DNA of 64,000 nucleotides from Acidimicrobiales bacterium (GCA_047638595.1 JBLIMJ010000003.1:11710-75709), one strand, 5' to 3'. Positions 31,501-40,620 are shown, counted from the first letter of the stretch. A program made the numbers and translations. The notes: a model not told the origin generated them from the sequence alone.

Positions 31501-31850
31501 ATCAGTTCAAAGATGAACTGGCGAAACGTGGAGACCTCAGCAACATCAAAGCTGATGGTCGTAATGGTATTCCAGTGGTGACCGCTGGTATGATTGAGTC
31601 GGTAAAAGAACTACTTACCAAAAAAGGTGACCATATGGCTTTTGTAAAGCTTGGGAATCTTACCGACAGTATCGAAATGGTGACCTTCCCTGAGGTCTAC
31701 AACACCTACAAAGAACTTCTTGTTCCTGGCACTTGTGTAGCGATTAAAGGTAAACTCAGTATTCGTAACGATGAGCCCAGTGTCTTAGTCGACAAGATAA
31801 AAGGTCTCGCTCCAAAAGAAGAAAATTCTGAAACACCCGTTATCAGTTGA
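28599..31850 (+). CDS. dnaE: DNA polymerase III alpha subunit
   Basis: FVHLHTHSMYSLL PHP domain, PDIDMDF, GLLKFDFLG, YGFNKAH, C-terminal OB fold. Confidence 0.98.
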   Translation: MSEPQETPMKKAEFVHLHTHSMYSLLNAVPTPKELVKAAQEDGQHAMAITDAGALYGAIDFYIQCQKAGIKPIIGIDAFLAPRTRFDKEMMDRPRARLVLLAKNNIGYKNLIKMVTISNTEGFYYRARMDHELLKENSEGLICIIPSFAGETVQHLKNNDLEKAEASLAWYKEIYGENLYHEITHHHEILDHSELQEKIKTLAQKGDVPLVAAQDVYYMHKDDSVIRALMMKIQSGGVIDPDEARSEDFSFKTQEEMKEAFKDTPEAIENTVKIAEQCNVEIVLGQEAWKFPDYKIKSGKNSDDELHEMAYDGVTWRGHDIEDPVIKKRIDYELEVIKTKGYSTYFLAVGDLLREARERGIYTTIRGSVAGSYATYVLGITNVDPLEYKLPFERFLNPERPSAPDIDMDFADNRRDEIIEYAKEKYGADKVAQIGTFGTMMARAAVKDVARALGHPYSTGDRISKLIPMGSQGFAMTIDKAMEIEPDLAKLYKQDSESRQVIDLAKRIEGRVRHMGVHAAGVVIAPEPLNNFVPIQVDSKTGKHVTQYEMHSVGEDGVGLLKFDFLGIKNLAILADAVKRVKKIHDADVDIENIPVDDQKTFNMLAKGETVGLFQLNGTGMTSFLKQLQPSTIHDINAMVALYRPGPMESIPDYIERKHNASLITYLDPRLEKILDRSYGVITYQDDVMMISIALAGYSWLDADKLRKAMGKKIPEVMEAEKAKLMDGFRDYGKLNPSVSDKLWALIEPFAAYGFNKAHAASYGRVAYQTAYMKANYPPEYMAAVLTADSGDTEKISEIIHECERMGLEVLPPDINESFAPFSVVPAKGGASAKIRFGLTTIKNFGEGIAKAIIEERKENGDFQSLTDLLTRVHDKNLNKKSIEALIMTGALDRFEERGKMQANVGNLLAFNKEQVAGIAASQDSLFGGLDTAINELTLHDTEPAGKEQKLLWEKELLGVYVSGHPLDQFKDELAKRGDLSNIKADGRNGIPVVTAGMIESVKELLTKKGDHMAFVKLGNLTDSIEMVTFPEVYNTYKELLVPGTCVAIKGKLSIRNDEPSVLVDKIKGLAPKEENSETPVIS

Positions 31851-31906
31851 TACAAATCAAATAACAAGACAATACTGTATATTGGAACAACAAAGGAGAT
31901 GTCCAT

Positions 31907-32203
31907 ATGAGACTAGAAGTAACGCACGACTTCAGTTCAAGAGTAATGAGCGTAGCACGGTACCTTGTCTTGGACCCTGATCGACACGCAGGAGAGAGAC
32001 TGACTCAATCTCTTGACCAACTTGAGAAGCTTCGTTCGCATATGGAAGCTATGGCAGATAAGGTACCCGGTGAGAACTTTATAAAAACAAGCATGGACCA
32101 ACAAGGATTACAATTCTGTGTGAAATTCGGTACTTCAAAAGGTGGCAAACGATTTGATTTCAGAAGTTTTTGCGGCTGGGTTGAATTATGTGACATGGAA
32201 TGA
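31907..32203 (+). CDS. Hypothetical protein (98 aa)
   Basis: AAAGGAG SD 7 nt before ATG; terminator accgcgccct..agggtgcggttttt at ~32218-32250. Confidence 0.65.
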   Translation: MRLEVTHDFSSRVMSVARYLVLDPDRHAGERLTQSLDQLEKLRSHMEAMADKVPGENFIKTSMDQQGLQFCVKFGTSKGGKRFDFRSFCGWVELCDME

Positions 32204-32289
32204 ACAAACTGTAAATTACCGCGCCCTATCTTTTAAGGGTGCGGTTTTTATCTGTTTGACAACCCGCCCATCAAAACGCTACTATAGGA

Positions 32290-32490
32290 ACCAATCAGAG
32301 ATTGCAATGTCCACCAAACACTGTCGTAATTACGAACGTAATTACGAACGTAATTACGTCCAATCTGATACAAAAAGAGTTGTATAGAATACTATACAGA
32401 ATGCCCGGTGGAACCGCGGATGAGGTCTAGCCTCAATCGTCCGAGCGAACACATGAACTTTCGTGTAGTCGCTTGGGCGATTTCTTATAC
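32290..32490 (+). promoter_or_regulatory. T-box riboswitch leader of thrS
   Basis: GGTGGAACCGCG at 32407-32418, antiterminator partner cgtcc, terminator atcgtccgagcga..tcgcttgggcgat-ttctt; promoter TTGACA-N18-TACTAT just upstream; Stem I not canonical. Confidence 0.75.
32325..32358. repeat. Tandem repeat 3 x CGTAATTACG with AA spacers (each unit palindromic)
   Basis: cgtaattacg-aa-cgtaattacg-aa-cgtaattacg. Confidence 0.95.
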
Positions 32491-32555
32491 ATTCACCATT
32501 AATTACATTTCCAGTAAGGGGTACTACCCCCATACTGGAGTTAAACACTTATTTT

Positions 32556-34316
32556 ATGAGTTCGGACAATCAACAACTAGCTAATAAACGACATACATTG
32601 GCCCACCTGCTTGCGGCTGCGGTTTTACAGGAATATCCACATGCAATCCTTACCCTTGGGCCGGCTATTGATAATGGTTTCTATTACGATATCGACTTCT
32701 CGGCAGGTAACGCTCCTGGTGATGATAACTTGAAGAGTATCCAGAAGACGATGAAGAAGACATTAAATACTTGGAAAGAATTTTCACACAAGGAAGTTTC
32801 TGCAGATGAAGCTCGCGCAGCTTTTGAAGGTAACCAATTCAAGCTTGAGCTTATAGATGAGATTGAAGCAAAAGGTGAAGCAATTACCCTCTATACTATT
32901 GGCGAAGGTAAGGCTGAATTCACTGACCTCTGTCGTGGTGGGCATACTGAAAATCCCTCAGAGGAAATTGCCGCTGACGCGTTTAAGCTCGACAAAATTG
33001 CTGGTGCGTACTGGCGTGGTGATGAAAAGAATCCAATGCTTACACGTATCTACGGACTAGCGTTCGACACCAAGGAAGAACTCATGGCGTACGAACAGCA
33101 ACGTACTGAGGCTATAAAGCGTGACCACAGGAAGTATGCAAAGGAACATGACTTGTTGGTTTTCTCTGACCTTGTTGGTTCTGGGATGCCTATGTGGACA
33201 CCAAAAGGAAATATCCTTCGCAATGCAGTTATAGACTATTCACGTGAGCTGAACAAAAAACTTGAATTTGGCGAAGTACATACTCCAAATCTCAACAAAG
33301 CTGAACTGTTCAAATGTTCAGGACACTACGATCAATATAAAGACGACATGATGCAAGTGAAGTCACAGTACGTAAAAGACGAGATGTTTCTAAAACCAAT
33401 GAACTGTCCACAGCATACCCAGATTTATGACAGTCAACCACGTAGCTATAAAGATTTACCGATTCGCTATGCTGATTTTGCTAACCTCTACAGAGATGAA
33501 CGTCCAGGGGAGCTTTCTGGCTTAACTCGACTACGCGCCTTTGCACAGGACGATGGGCATGTTTTCTGTCGAGAAGCGCAAGTAAAGGAAGAGCTCGTTA
33601 AGATATTAGATGTTGTAAAAGAAGCTCTAGAACGATACGGTGTTAGCAACTGGATTCGACTATCACTTCACGACCCTGAAAATCGAGAAAAGTACCTTGG
33701 TGATGATGACTTATGGGAGCGTTCTGAACAAGAACTCCGAGATGTGATATCTGAAGCTGGTATTGATTACAAAGAAGTTGCAGGTGAAGCTGCTTTTTAT
33801 GGACCAAAGCTAGATATTATTGCAGTCGACGCACTGGGTCGAGAATGGCAGATTTCAACCATTCAGGTTGACCGCGTCCAACCTGAACGATTCGATTTGA
33901 CCTGTATCAATGAACTGGGAGAGAAAGAGCGTGTAGTAATGATTCATCGCGCTTTAATTGGATCACCAGACCGATTCATCGGAATCTTGATTGAACATTA
34001 TGCAGGAAACTTCCCTCTCTGGCTGTCACCTGTGCAGCTTGCCATCATTCCCGTAGCTGACGTCCATAATGAATACGCAAAAAGTGTCTATGACACATTG
34101 AAACAAGCAGGGTTCCGTGTGGAACTAGATGATGAAAATGAGTCCATGGGAAAGAAAATCCGTAATGCAAAAAAGAATAAACTTCCCTACTTCATTGTTA
34201 TTGGAGACCAAGAAGTTGAAGGAAAAACGGTCACCCTTGAGTCTCGTGATACTGAAAGTAATGAGACGCTTTCGATAGAAAACTTACTTTCAAAACTTAC
34301 CGAAGAATCTAAATAA
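32556..34316 (+). CDS. thrS: Threonine--tRNA ligase (lacking N-terminal TGS domain)
   Basis: RHTLAHLLA, DLCRGGH, KPMNCPQH, GLTRLRAFAQDDGH, AAFYGPKLD. Confidence 0.98.
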   Translation: MSSDNQQLANKRHTLAHLLAAAVLQEYPHAILTLGPAIDNGFYYDIDFSAGNAPGDDNLKSIQKTMKKTLNTWKEFSHKEVSADEARAAFEGNQFKLELIDEIEAKGEAITLYTIGEGKAEFTDLCRGGHTENPSEEIAADAFKLDKIAGAYWRGDEKNPMLTRIYGLAFDTKEELMAYEQQRTEAIKRDHRKYAKEHDLLVFSDLVGSGMPMWTPKGNILRNAVIDYSRELNKKLEFGEVHTPNLNKAELFKCSGHYDQYKDDMMQVKSQYVKDEMFLKPMNCPQHTQIYDSQPRSYKDLPIRYADFANLYRDERPGELSGLTRLRAFAQDDGHVFCREAQVKEELVKILDVVKEALERYGVSNWIRLSLHDPENREKYLGDDDLWERSEQELRDVISEAGIDYKEVAGEAAFYGPKLDIIAVDALGREWQISTIQVDRVQPERFDLTCINELGEKERVVMIHRALIGSPDRFIGILIEHYAGNFPLWLSPVQLAIIPVADVHNEYAKSVYDTLKQAGFRVELDDENESMGKKIRNAKKNKLPYFIVIGDQEVEGKTVTLESRDTESNETLSIENLLSKLTEESK

Positions 34317-34470
34317 CGATAAACCCATAATAATACTAGTCACTTGACGTACTTTGCGTACAGTGGCTATTATTTTGCATAAAATTATTTTCTTTGGTAT
34401 TGTCTGAATAGATGCATCATTATCAGCACTCATGCTCCAAAAAGCTGCAACGAACAGAAAGGGATTATCG

Positions 34471-34719
34471 ATGGCAGAAATAAGCGATCCAATTAAAATT
34501 AATGGGGTACCGCGCAGTGTGATAAACAAAGCAAAGAAACTAGCAAAAAACAACATCTGCAAAATACCTTGTGAGCACATCTCTGGAGTTTCTATTGGGG
34601 ATGACATCATGATTATCGTTCTGAACGGTGATGAGGATATCCCAGGACACTCTCTGCGAGGTGTGGTTCAAAAGATTACGTGGTGGAACGTAATAATCGA
34701 ACTAGCTCGCAACACTTAA
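34471..34719 (+). CDS. Small hypothetical protein, possibly ASCH/PUA-like
   Basis: GAAAGGG SD before ATG 34471; VSIGDDIMII..GHSLRGVVQKI loosely resembles ASCH/DUF3850 pattern. Confidence 0.5.
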   Translation: MAEISDPIKINGVPRSVINKAKKLAKNNICKIPCEHISGVSIGDDIMIIVLNGDEDIPGHSLRGVVQKITWWNVIIELARNT

Positions 34720-34764
34720 CCAACCCACAGCAGCGTCTGCTCTGTGGGCCTGTTTGTGCATGAA

Positions 34765-34802
34765 ACACGAAAAAACTCACCCTAGGGTGAGTTTTTTCGT
34801 GT
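34765..34802. terminator. Bidirectional terminator / perfect palindrome
   Basis: acacgaaaaaactcaccctagggtgagttttttcgtgt between convergent genes. Confidence 0.75.
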
Positions 34803-34826
34803 CATCAATTTTATGAGAAGACTCTT

Positions 34827-37010
34827 TTATGAAACAGCTTTCACTGCTTTCATAATTGCCATTTTGACAGCTGATGCTTCATCAGTATATGTACCGTCAA
34901 GTGCACCAGTGAGTGCCATAATAGCTTCTTCAAGTTGTTCACTTGAGATAGATAATACCGCAGTAGTAAGCATGTTTGATACCAGCACCTCTTCTCCTTT
35001 ACGAGATCGGTACACTGCATCAAGGTCAGCTGCCGCGTCAGCAAGTGCAATCATTGGGCGATGAGCAATCAATTGATATGCTGCAACGATATTCCCTGTA
35101 GTAATTGCTTCTGCAAGAGAACCTGCTGTTACTACTTCCGTTTGGGTTTCAACTTCTTGTTCTGCAGCATCATCAGTGACAAGTGATTCCATGCGTGCAA
35201 GATTTAATACCATCCAACCACCTTCACTTGGGAATAGTGTCTTTGCTTGCGCTAATACTGCATCAAGTTTTTCATTTCGTGTTTCTCCAGCTTCCGTTGC
35301 ATTCATGAAGAATCGCATCGCATCACTTGAAAGAAGTGCCTTTTGTGCATGTGCACGATTTTCTAATTCTGACATTTCAATTGACTCATCAGTTTCATCA
35401 CCAATTGTTTCTTCGGCTGCTGCATATTCTACTACAGGAGTTGTAATGGGAAAATCTACAGGTACTGCTTCTGCTACTGCAGAATGTACGTAGTTTTCTG
35501 CTTCTGACTGCATAGAATCATCAGATGCTTCTATACCCATATCTGTAAATGTTGTATGTTCGTGCGCACCTGCTAATGATATTCCTCCAATTGAATCTCG
35601 ACGAACAACTAATACATATGATACAAACAATCCCCAAATAGTTAGTATTGTGTAGAAAATGAGGGTCAGTGCAGGGCCAGCTTCAAAACCAGTATATGGT
35701 ACTTGTGTAAGTGAGATACCTGCAACAAGTGGATCATGTGTACGTGCTTCAAGGACCGTCACCTGATTTTCAACGTCAACTTCTACTTCACATTCTTTTT
35801 CCCTAGTACCTCGCTTTGAAAGTAAAGTGTATTTTGTATCTTTGGTAGGCTTTAATTTCATTGAACCGTCAAATTCAGAACTTTTTTTAGTATCAACTAA
35901 TACATTTCCATGGTTATCAGTAAGCTTTACTTCTTTTGCTCGTGAAGTGTCCCATGTAAGAGTAATAGTTTCTCCTTTTTTGATTTTACTATCAGAGATA
36001 TCAAGATCACAGCGTGGCGTTGAGGATCCTCCACCACCTCCTCCTCCGGTTGCTACATCGATAGATAGAGGGCATTCAATTGAGTCACTTCCTGAATATG
36101 CAGTGAGTATGTAAGTAGCATCAGCTCCAACACGCACTGTCTCAGTATCAGAAAGATTAGTAGAAGCAACTCCATTAATTGAAATAGAATCAATGTCTGT
36201 AGTAGTCCATGTTAGGGTAACGTCTCCACCACCTGTTGGAAGTGCATAATCGCTAGAAGCGAACGTTACGTTGTTAGCACAGGTGAATATTTCTGGATTT
36301 GCAACGGTAATAGTGAGTGGACAAGTCACATCAGCAAAGCCTACTTTGGATGCGGTAAGAATATAAGTAATTGTGTTCGCTACATTCACACTTGTAGAAC
36401 CATCTTCTGCAACCGTACCAACACTGTTGTTGATTGAGACACTGTCAGCATCTGTTGTTGTCCAAGTCAGAGTTGCTGCCCCTCCTCCAGCCGGCAAGGA
36501 GGTAGGTGAAGCTGTAAATGAATCACAACTAGGGGCAGAAGATATTTCCACAACATCAATTGGAGCTGAACAAGTTACAGAACCAACAGTGTTGGTTACT
36601 GTTAAGGTGTAGGTAATGTCAGCAGTTACAGTAACTGCTGCTGAACCATTAACAGCCACAGATCCAACTCCATTGTCGATTGATGTTGTATCTGCATTTG
36701 TAGTGGTCCACGATAGAGTTGACGCCCCACCACCAACAGGTAGTGACGACGGTGATGCTGTAAATGCGCTACAGGTAGGTAACGGGTCGGGTGTGGGATC
36801 AGGAGTTGGATCAGGAGTTGGATCAGGGTCTCCACAACCACCACAGCCACCATCATCTCCACCTCCACCGTCACCATCACCACCGCCAAATGCGGAAACA
36901 ACAGACATGTCGAGTGCAAAGTTATTCGAAAATAGCACTGGCGTTGCAAATGCAAGGACAGCAAAAACAGTAGCAATAAGCAGTCCTGTAGTAATATTTT
37001 TTGTAAACAT
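34827..37010 (-). CDS. Cell-surface protein: signal peptide, four Cys-bracketed Ig-like repeats, VPYTG motif, TM, large C-terminal domain
   Basis: Start ATG 37010 (MFTKNITTGLL); repeats C..F.AS..L.W.TT..TY.LT..C; QVPYTG at 35688-35705 then hydrophobic helix and RRD. Confidence 0.8.
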   Translation of the reverse strand: MFTKNITTGLLIATVFAVLAFATPVLFSNNFALDMSVVSAFGGGDGDGGGGDDGGCGGCGDPDPTPDPTPDPTPDPLPTCSAFTASPSSLPVGGGASTLSWTTTNADTTSIDNGVGSVAVNGSAAVTVTADITYTLTVTNTVGSVTCSAPIDVVEISSAPSCDSFTASPTSLPAGGGAATLTWTTTDADSVSINNSVGTVAEDGSTSVNVANTITYILTASKVGFADVTCPLTITVANPEIFTCANNVTFASSDYALPTGGGDVTLTWTTTDIDSISINGVASTNLSDTETVRVGADATYILTAYSGSDSIECPLSIDVATGGGGGGGSSTPRCDLDISDSKIKKGETITLTWDTSRAKEVKLTDNHGNVLVDTKKSSEFDGSMKLKPTKDTKYTLLSKRGTREKECEVEVDVENQVTVLEARTHDPLVAGISLTQVPYTGFEAGPALTLIFYTILTIWGLFVSYVLVVRRDSIGGISLAGAHEHTTFTDMGIEASDDSMQSEAENYVHSAVAEAVPVDFPITTPVVEYAAAEETIGDETDESIEMSELENRAHAQKALLSSDAMRFFMNATEAGETRNEKLDAVLAQAKTLFPSEGGWMVLNLARMESLVTDDAAEQEVETQTEVVTAGSLAEAITTGNIVAAYQLIAHRPMIALADAAADLDAVYRSRKGEEVLVSNMLTTAVLSISSEQLEEAIMALTGALDGTYTDEASAVKMAIMKAVKAVS

Positions 37011-37110
37011 AAATAAGTATTTAATATAATTTAACCTCTGTATACTCTTACCTACACCAGTACGCAAGAATATTAGAAGTGGGAAGGCAAACTTGTTGCC
37101 TTCCCATGTT

Positions 37111-37659
37111 TCAGAGAGAGATTGGACATGCATCATAGCGACTATCGCAACGGCAACGGTACGGGGTACCTTGCACAACGATAAGTAGCCAATTATTGCA
37201 GCCATAAGGTCGTTCGATTTGGTAGAATGCACGATCAGCCTGGAAGTTAAACTGCCAGATGTCAGTACGTTTCTGATCTGCACGCCAATTCGAGGAAAAT
37301 GGTCGAACGTTAGTTGCAACCCAAGGTTTTGAATTGGGATTTGCTCCACCTGAAACCATCGCGTTATAGATCGTGCTTGAACGAACTTCACCAGTTGTGT
37401 GAGGAGTATTGTACACCCCAGGCGACCGCTGGATCGTACGGCGGATCTTACGGCGATATTTTTGTGGAATTCCCATCAGCTCAAGAGCCACGGAAATATC
37501 CTGGTTACCAAATGGATCAACGCCGATACGATGCCAATGAAAGGCATTTCCGACAATCTTCCCATTTGTATGAACTGCAGATGCTGCAAAACTCGGACGG
37601 GCAGCCAACATGACCAACCCTCCAAAAATCGCTGTCCTGCGAGTGATTGTGCAAGTCAT
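37111..37659 (-). CDS. Hypothetical exported protein with twin-arginine-like signal
   Basis: AAGGAAAGGA SD; MTCTITRRTAIFGGLVMLAARPSFA|A; Cys-rich C-terminus. Confidence 0.7.
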   Translation of the reverse strand: MTCTITRRTAIFGGLVMLAARPSFAASAVHTNGKIVGNAFHWHRIGVDPFGNQDISVALELMGIPQKYRRKIRRTIQRSPGVYNTPHTTGEVRSSTIYNAMVSGGANPNSKPWVATNVRPFSSNWRADQKRTDIWQFNFQADRAFYQIERPYGCNNWLLIVVQGTPYRCRCDSRYDACPISL

Positions 37660-37675
37660 GATGACTTTCCTTTCC

Positions 37676-38254
37676 TTATTTTGGAAGCAAGCGGAGCGGA
37701 AAACCGAAGCCTTCGCGCCAGTCCCGCCCATTCACAAAACTGTTAAAGCTTTCTGGTGAACAGCGACGCTCTTCACCAGTCGGCAAATTCGTAACGATCT
37801 TTCCAACGACCATAGTATAGTCGTTAATTTCGACACAAAGGTTAACTGCATCGCGTGCCGCATTACGCGGAACTGTGATACGAACCATGCCACTTTGAGC
37901 GACACCGGACGATGTCCAGATACGTCCCTCACGTTTCCAGACAGTTCCGTCAGGCATACGCACGTTGTTAGTGCCAGACCATTCACTTCCTTCGGTGAAT
38001 ACCATTCGGTATTCATAATCGAAACCAGTGATAGTTTGACCGTCACGCTCAAGTCGATTGATGTTTTTGAACATCCAGATAATCTGATCAGTACGAGACC
38101 GACCGTTAGTACGCTGGATGATCTTTGGATCAGATGCGTCTACCGCAATGTGACCAATTTCCATGATCTGCCGTCCAAAGTCCTGTGCCATTACTGGCAA
38201 CGAACCAGCAAACAACAGACCGAAAATAAGGATAGTTTTAAAGATGCTGTTCAT
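37676..38254 (-). CDS. Hypothetical secreted protein
   Basis: AAAAGGAG SD; MNSIFKTILIFGLLFAGSLPVMA|Q Sec signal. Confidence 0.75.
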   Translation of the reverse strand: MNSIFKTILIFGLLFAGSLPVMAQDFGRQIMEIGHIAVDASDPKIIQRTNGRSRTDQIIWMFKNINRLERDGQTITGFDYEYRMVFTEGSEWSGTNNVRMPDGTVWKREGRIWTSSGVAQSGMVRITVPRNAARDAVNLCVEINDYTMVVGKIVTNLPTGEERRCSPESFNSFVNGRDWREGFGFPLRLLPK

Positions 38255-38502
38255 AGCCATCTCCTTTTCTGAAGTCCGATAATTCGGACAGGTTTCAAAG
38301 TACGCTCCACCGAAGCGCTTACTAATACATCTGTAGATGCACAAGTAAACGTTCCGCGAGCTTGGTGCAAGGAAATCGTTCGATTTGCATCGAAATTTCT
38401 TAACACTAAGCTCACTACTTTAACCTGGGTCTAAACCTAGGGAAAATAAATGAATCTGGAGAGAACGTGTGGGTTACGAAACTCAATGAACTTTAACACC
38501 TG

Positions 38503-38531
38503 TAGTATAGCAAATATATTGACATTTGTCA
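38503..38531 (-). promoter_or_regulatory. Sigma70-type promoter for the 38254/37659 gene pair
   Basis: Minus strand TTGACA-N17-TATACT with TG extension; -35 lies within palindrome tattgaca-tt-tgtcaata. Confidence 0.7.
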
Positions 38532-38593
38532 ATAGCATGGTGTTATACTCTAATACTACCTAAATTCACAAAACACCCTTATCTATAAGGGTA

Positions 38594-39265
38594 TTATATT
38601 GAATATGAGCCAATAAGTACTGATTCGACCATAAATCGGTCATCTTTAGTACCAAAACTGTTGCAAGTGGCCAATGTGAGCTTCGCTTCCCCAGGTGTTT
38701 CAGGGACAAAAACCTCCGTAGCCTTTGCTTTATATACCTTTTTTACCTGATAGACATACTCCATACCATCAGACTGGAGACGGATTTTATCTCCCCATTT
38801 CAGGTCTTGGATACCATTAAATGCTTGAAAATTCTTGTTAAATACATTCGGTAGATAACTCGAATGACCTAAAATAAAGATATTTCCATCAGCTTGAAAG
38901 TCAGCTGAATCGGGGTGTCGAACTGCTCCTGTAAGTAGAGATGCATCAAGATCTGCAATTGTGTGTGATTCTGGGTTGTTTACTTTCACTTCCTTATTAA
39001 GGGTGTCAAAAATAATCTTTAACGGTAATGGAGAGTCTACCTTTGGCACTACTACTAGTTGAGCTACTTCTTCCTGTGTCACAACTTCTTCGACCACAAC
39101 AGATTCCTCAGCTACATCTCGTTCTTTAATAGGTTCAGGGATGAAATCTACGATAAATAAAATTGAGTATGAGAGTAGAATTACAGCAAAAAATACTGTC
39201 AGGAAAGCAACTTTCCGTGCGTACAGTCGTCGATACAGCTCGTTAAGTGATGTTGCTAGTTTCAT
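38594..39265 (-). CDS. Sortase
   Basis: N-terminal TM; GNIFILGHS (His), LTLATC (Cys), DDRF (Arg); start ATG 39265. Confidence 0.9.
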   Translation of the reverse strand: MKLATSLNELYRRLYARKVAFLTVFFAVILLSYSILFIVDFIPEPIKERDVAEESVVVEEVVTQEEVAQLVVVPKVDSPLPLKIIFDTLNKEVKVNNPESHTIADLDASLLTGAVRHPDSADFQADGNIFILGHSSYLPNVFNKNFQAFNGIQDLKWGDKIRLQSDGMEYVYQVKKVYKAKATEVFVPETPGEAKLTLATCNSFGTKDDRFMVESVLIGSYSI

Positions 39266-39509
39266 ACGTATATATATGATTAAATAAGATTGGACAGAAT
39301 AATACACCATTATCTATATTTGTCAAGGCTATGTATTGACAATTTAATTTAACTGTGATATTGTTTGTCTGTACTGTCCCCCTCTTAAAGGATAAAAGTT
39401 CTCTCAGATATACTGCTCTTCCCTCTCTTTCTTTGTTATAGAGAGTGTTTTGCTGATAGTATGTATGAATTCGACTTTGGGTACACTTTAACTATTTTAT
39501 ACATATTTT

Positions 39510-40553
39510 ATGAACCAGGTTACACAAGAACAAAAAGACTCTGTAACAAAAACATTTGCTATTGTTGGCTTTATTGCTGCAATTCTTTTTGCAGTATGGC
39601 TTGCTGTACAAATTGTAAGTGTTATTCCTTCAGCATTTAGTTCACTTGCATCAATTGCAGATGGTGTCTACAACTACAATGAAGATCAATCACTTATTGT
39701 TGCTACACAAAACAGTATTATAAATACTGGTGAATCATTTACACTCTCATGGACAGAAATGAATCGTTCCGGAGCGTATGCATTTTCATACGCATGCGCC
39801 GAAGGTGTTTCAATTGAAATTCGCGACGCTCAAAACAATATTGGAGCATTAGACTGCAACACACCATTGTCTCTTGGTATTGTGACTTCACTTGATTTAG
39901 TGGTTGCGTCAGAAAAGCAACGATTTACTGATGTTACCTATACCGTGACTTACACACCTAGCGTAAAGTCAGCAAAAGAAATTGCTACAAGCGCAAAGGT
40001 GACTATTGTGAATATACACATTCCAACTGGTGCAGTTCTTGTAGAAGAAGCAACTACTATAGAACCTGAAGAAGGAAACGTAGTTATAAACGAAATTACT
40101 CCAAAGCCACCTACTACAAACCCTGGCACTGGGTTAGTGGCTGGTACACCAACTACTATCGAAGAAATCATTTACGCAATTCCTACTTCTGATCCAAACG
40201 GAAAAATTGATATGCAAGTGACTTTCCTTGGTATTGGAAAACTTTCTGGAAAAACTTTTGTTCGTACTGCTACCCTCGACAAAGACGAAAACGGAGCATT
40301 CCAATTTGAAGTAAAAAATGTTGGTACAAAAACTGCAGACTCATGGAGTTATGAAGCGAATCTGCCATCAGGTATTGAATACAATGCTGGATCACAGAAG
40401 GCGCTTAAGCCTAATGAGAAAGCGATTATCACCATTGGTTTTGAGGGACTGACTCAAGTCGGTACTGAAAAAATTGGTGCTACAGTTACAGCTAAAAATG
40501 ACGTGAACAAAAGGAATAACAGCTTTACCTGGTCTGTTAAAGTAGTTGAGTAA
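39510..40553 (+). CDS. Membrane-anchored surface protein with C-terminal CARDB-like Ig domain
   Basis: N-terminal TM; FEVKNVGTK..LKPNE..DVNKRNNS. Confidence 0.7.
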   Translation: MNQVTQEQKDSVTKTFAIVGFIAAILFAVWLAVQIVSVIPSAFSSLASIADGVYNYNEDQSLIVATQNSIINTGESFTLSWTEMNRSGAYAFSYACAEGVSIEIRDAQNNIGALDCNTPLSLGIVTSLDLVVASEKQRFTDVTYTVTYTPSVKSAKEIATSAKVTIVNIHIPTGAVLVEEATTIEPEEGNVVINEITPKPPTTNPGTGLVAGTPTTIEEIIYAIPTSDPNGKIDMQVTFLGIGKLSGKTFVRTATLDKDENGAFQFEVKNVGTKTADSWSYEANLPSGIEYNAGSQKALKPNEKAIITIGFEGLTQVGTEKIGATVTAKNDVNKRNNSFTWSVKVVE

Positions 40554-40584
40554 TACCAATACTCCAGATTCTCTAGAATCCAAC

Positions 40585-40620
40585 AAAAACAGGCACGTCC
40601 CTAGGGACGTGCCTGTTTTT
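40585..40620. terminator. Bidirectional terminator / perfect palindrome
   Basis: aaaaacaggcacgtccctagggacgtgcctgttttt. Confidence 0.75.

Noticed and set aside
32325-32358. Tandem repeat as CRISPR array or coding RNYE repeat (ORF 32142-32387)
   Set aside because: 12 bp period, no spacers, no cas genes; the ORF crosses a terminator and promoter and is likely spurious
36783-36887. ggatcaggagtt tandem repeats and Gly-rich low complexity
   Set aside because: Encode the (PDPT)n and Gly/Asp linkers of the surface protein; not a separate element
37011-37391. N-terminal 127 aa of the 854 aa ORF
   Set aside because: Overlaps the 37111-37659 gene in another frame; signal peptide begins at ATG 37010
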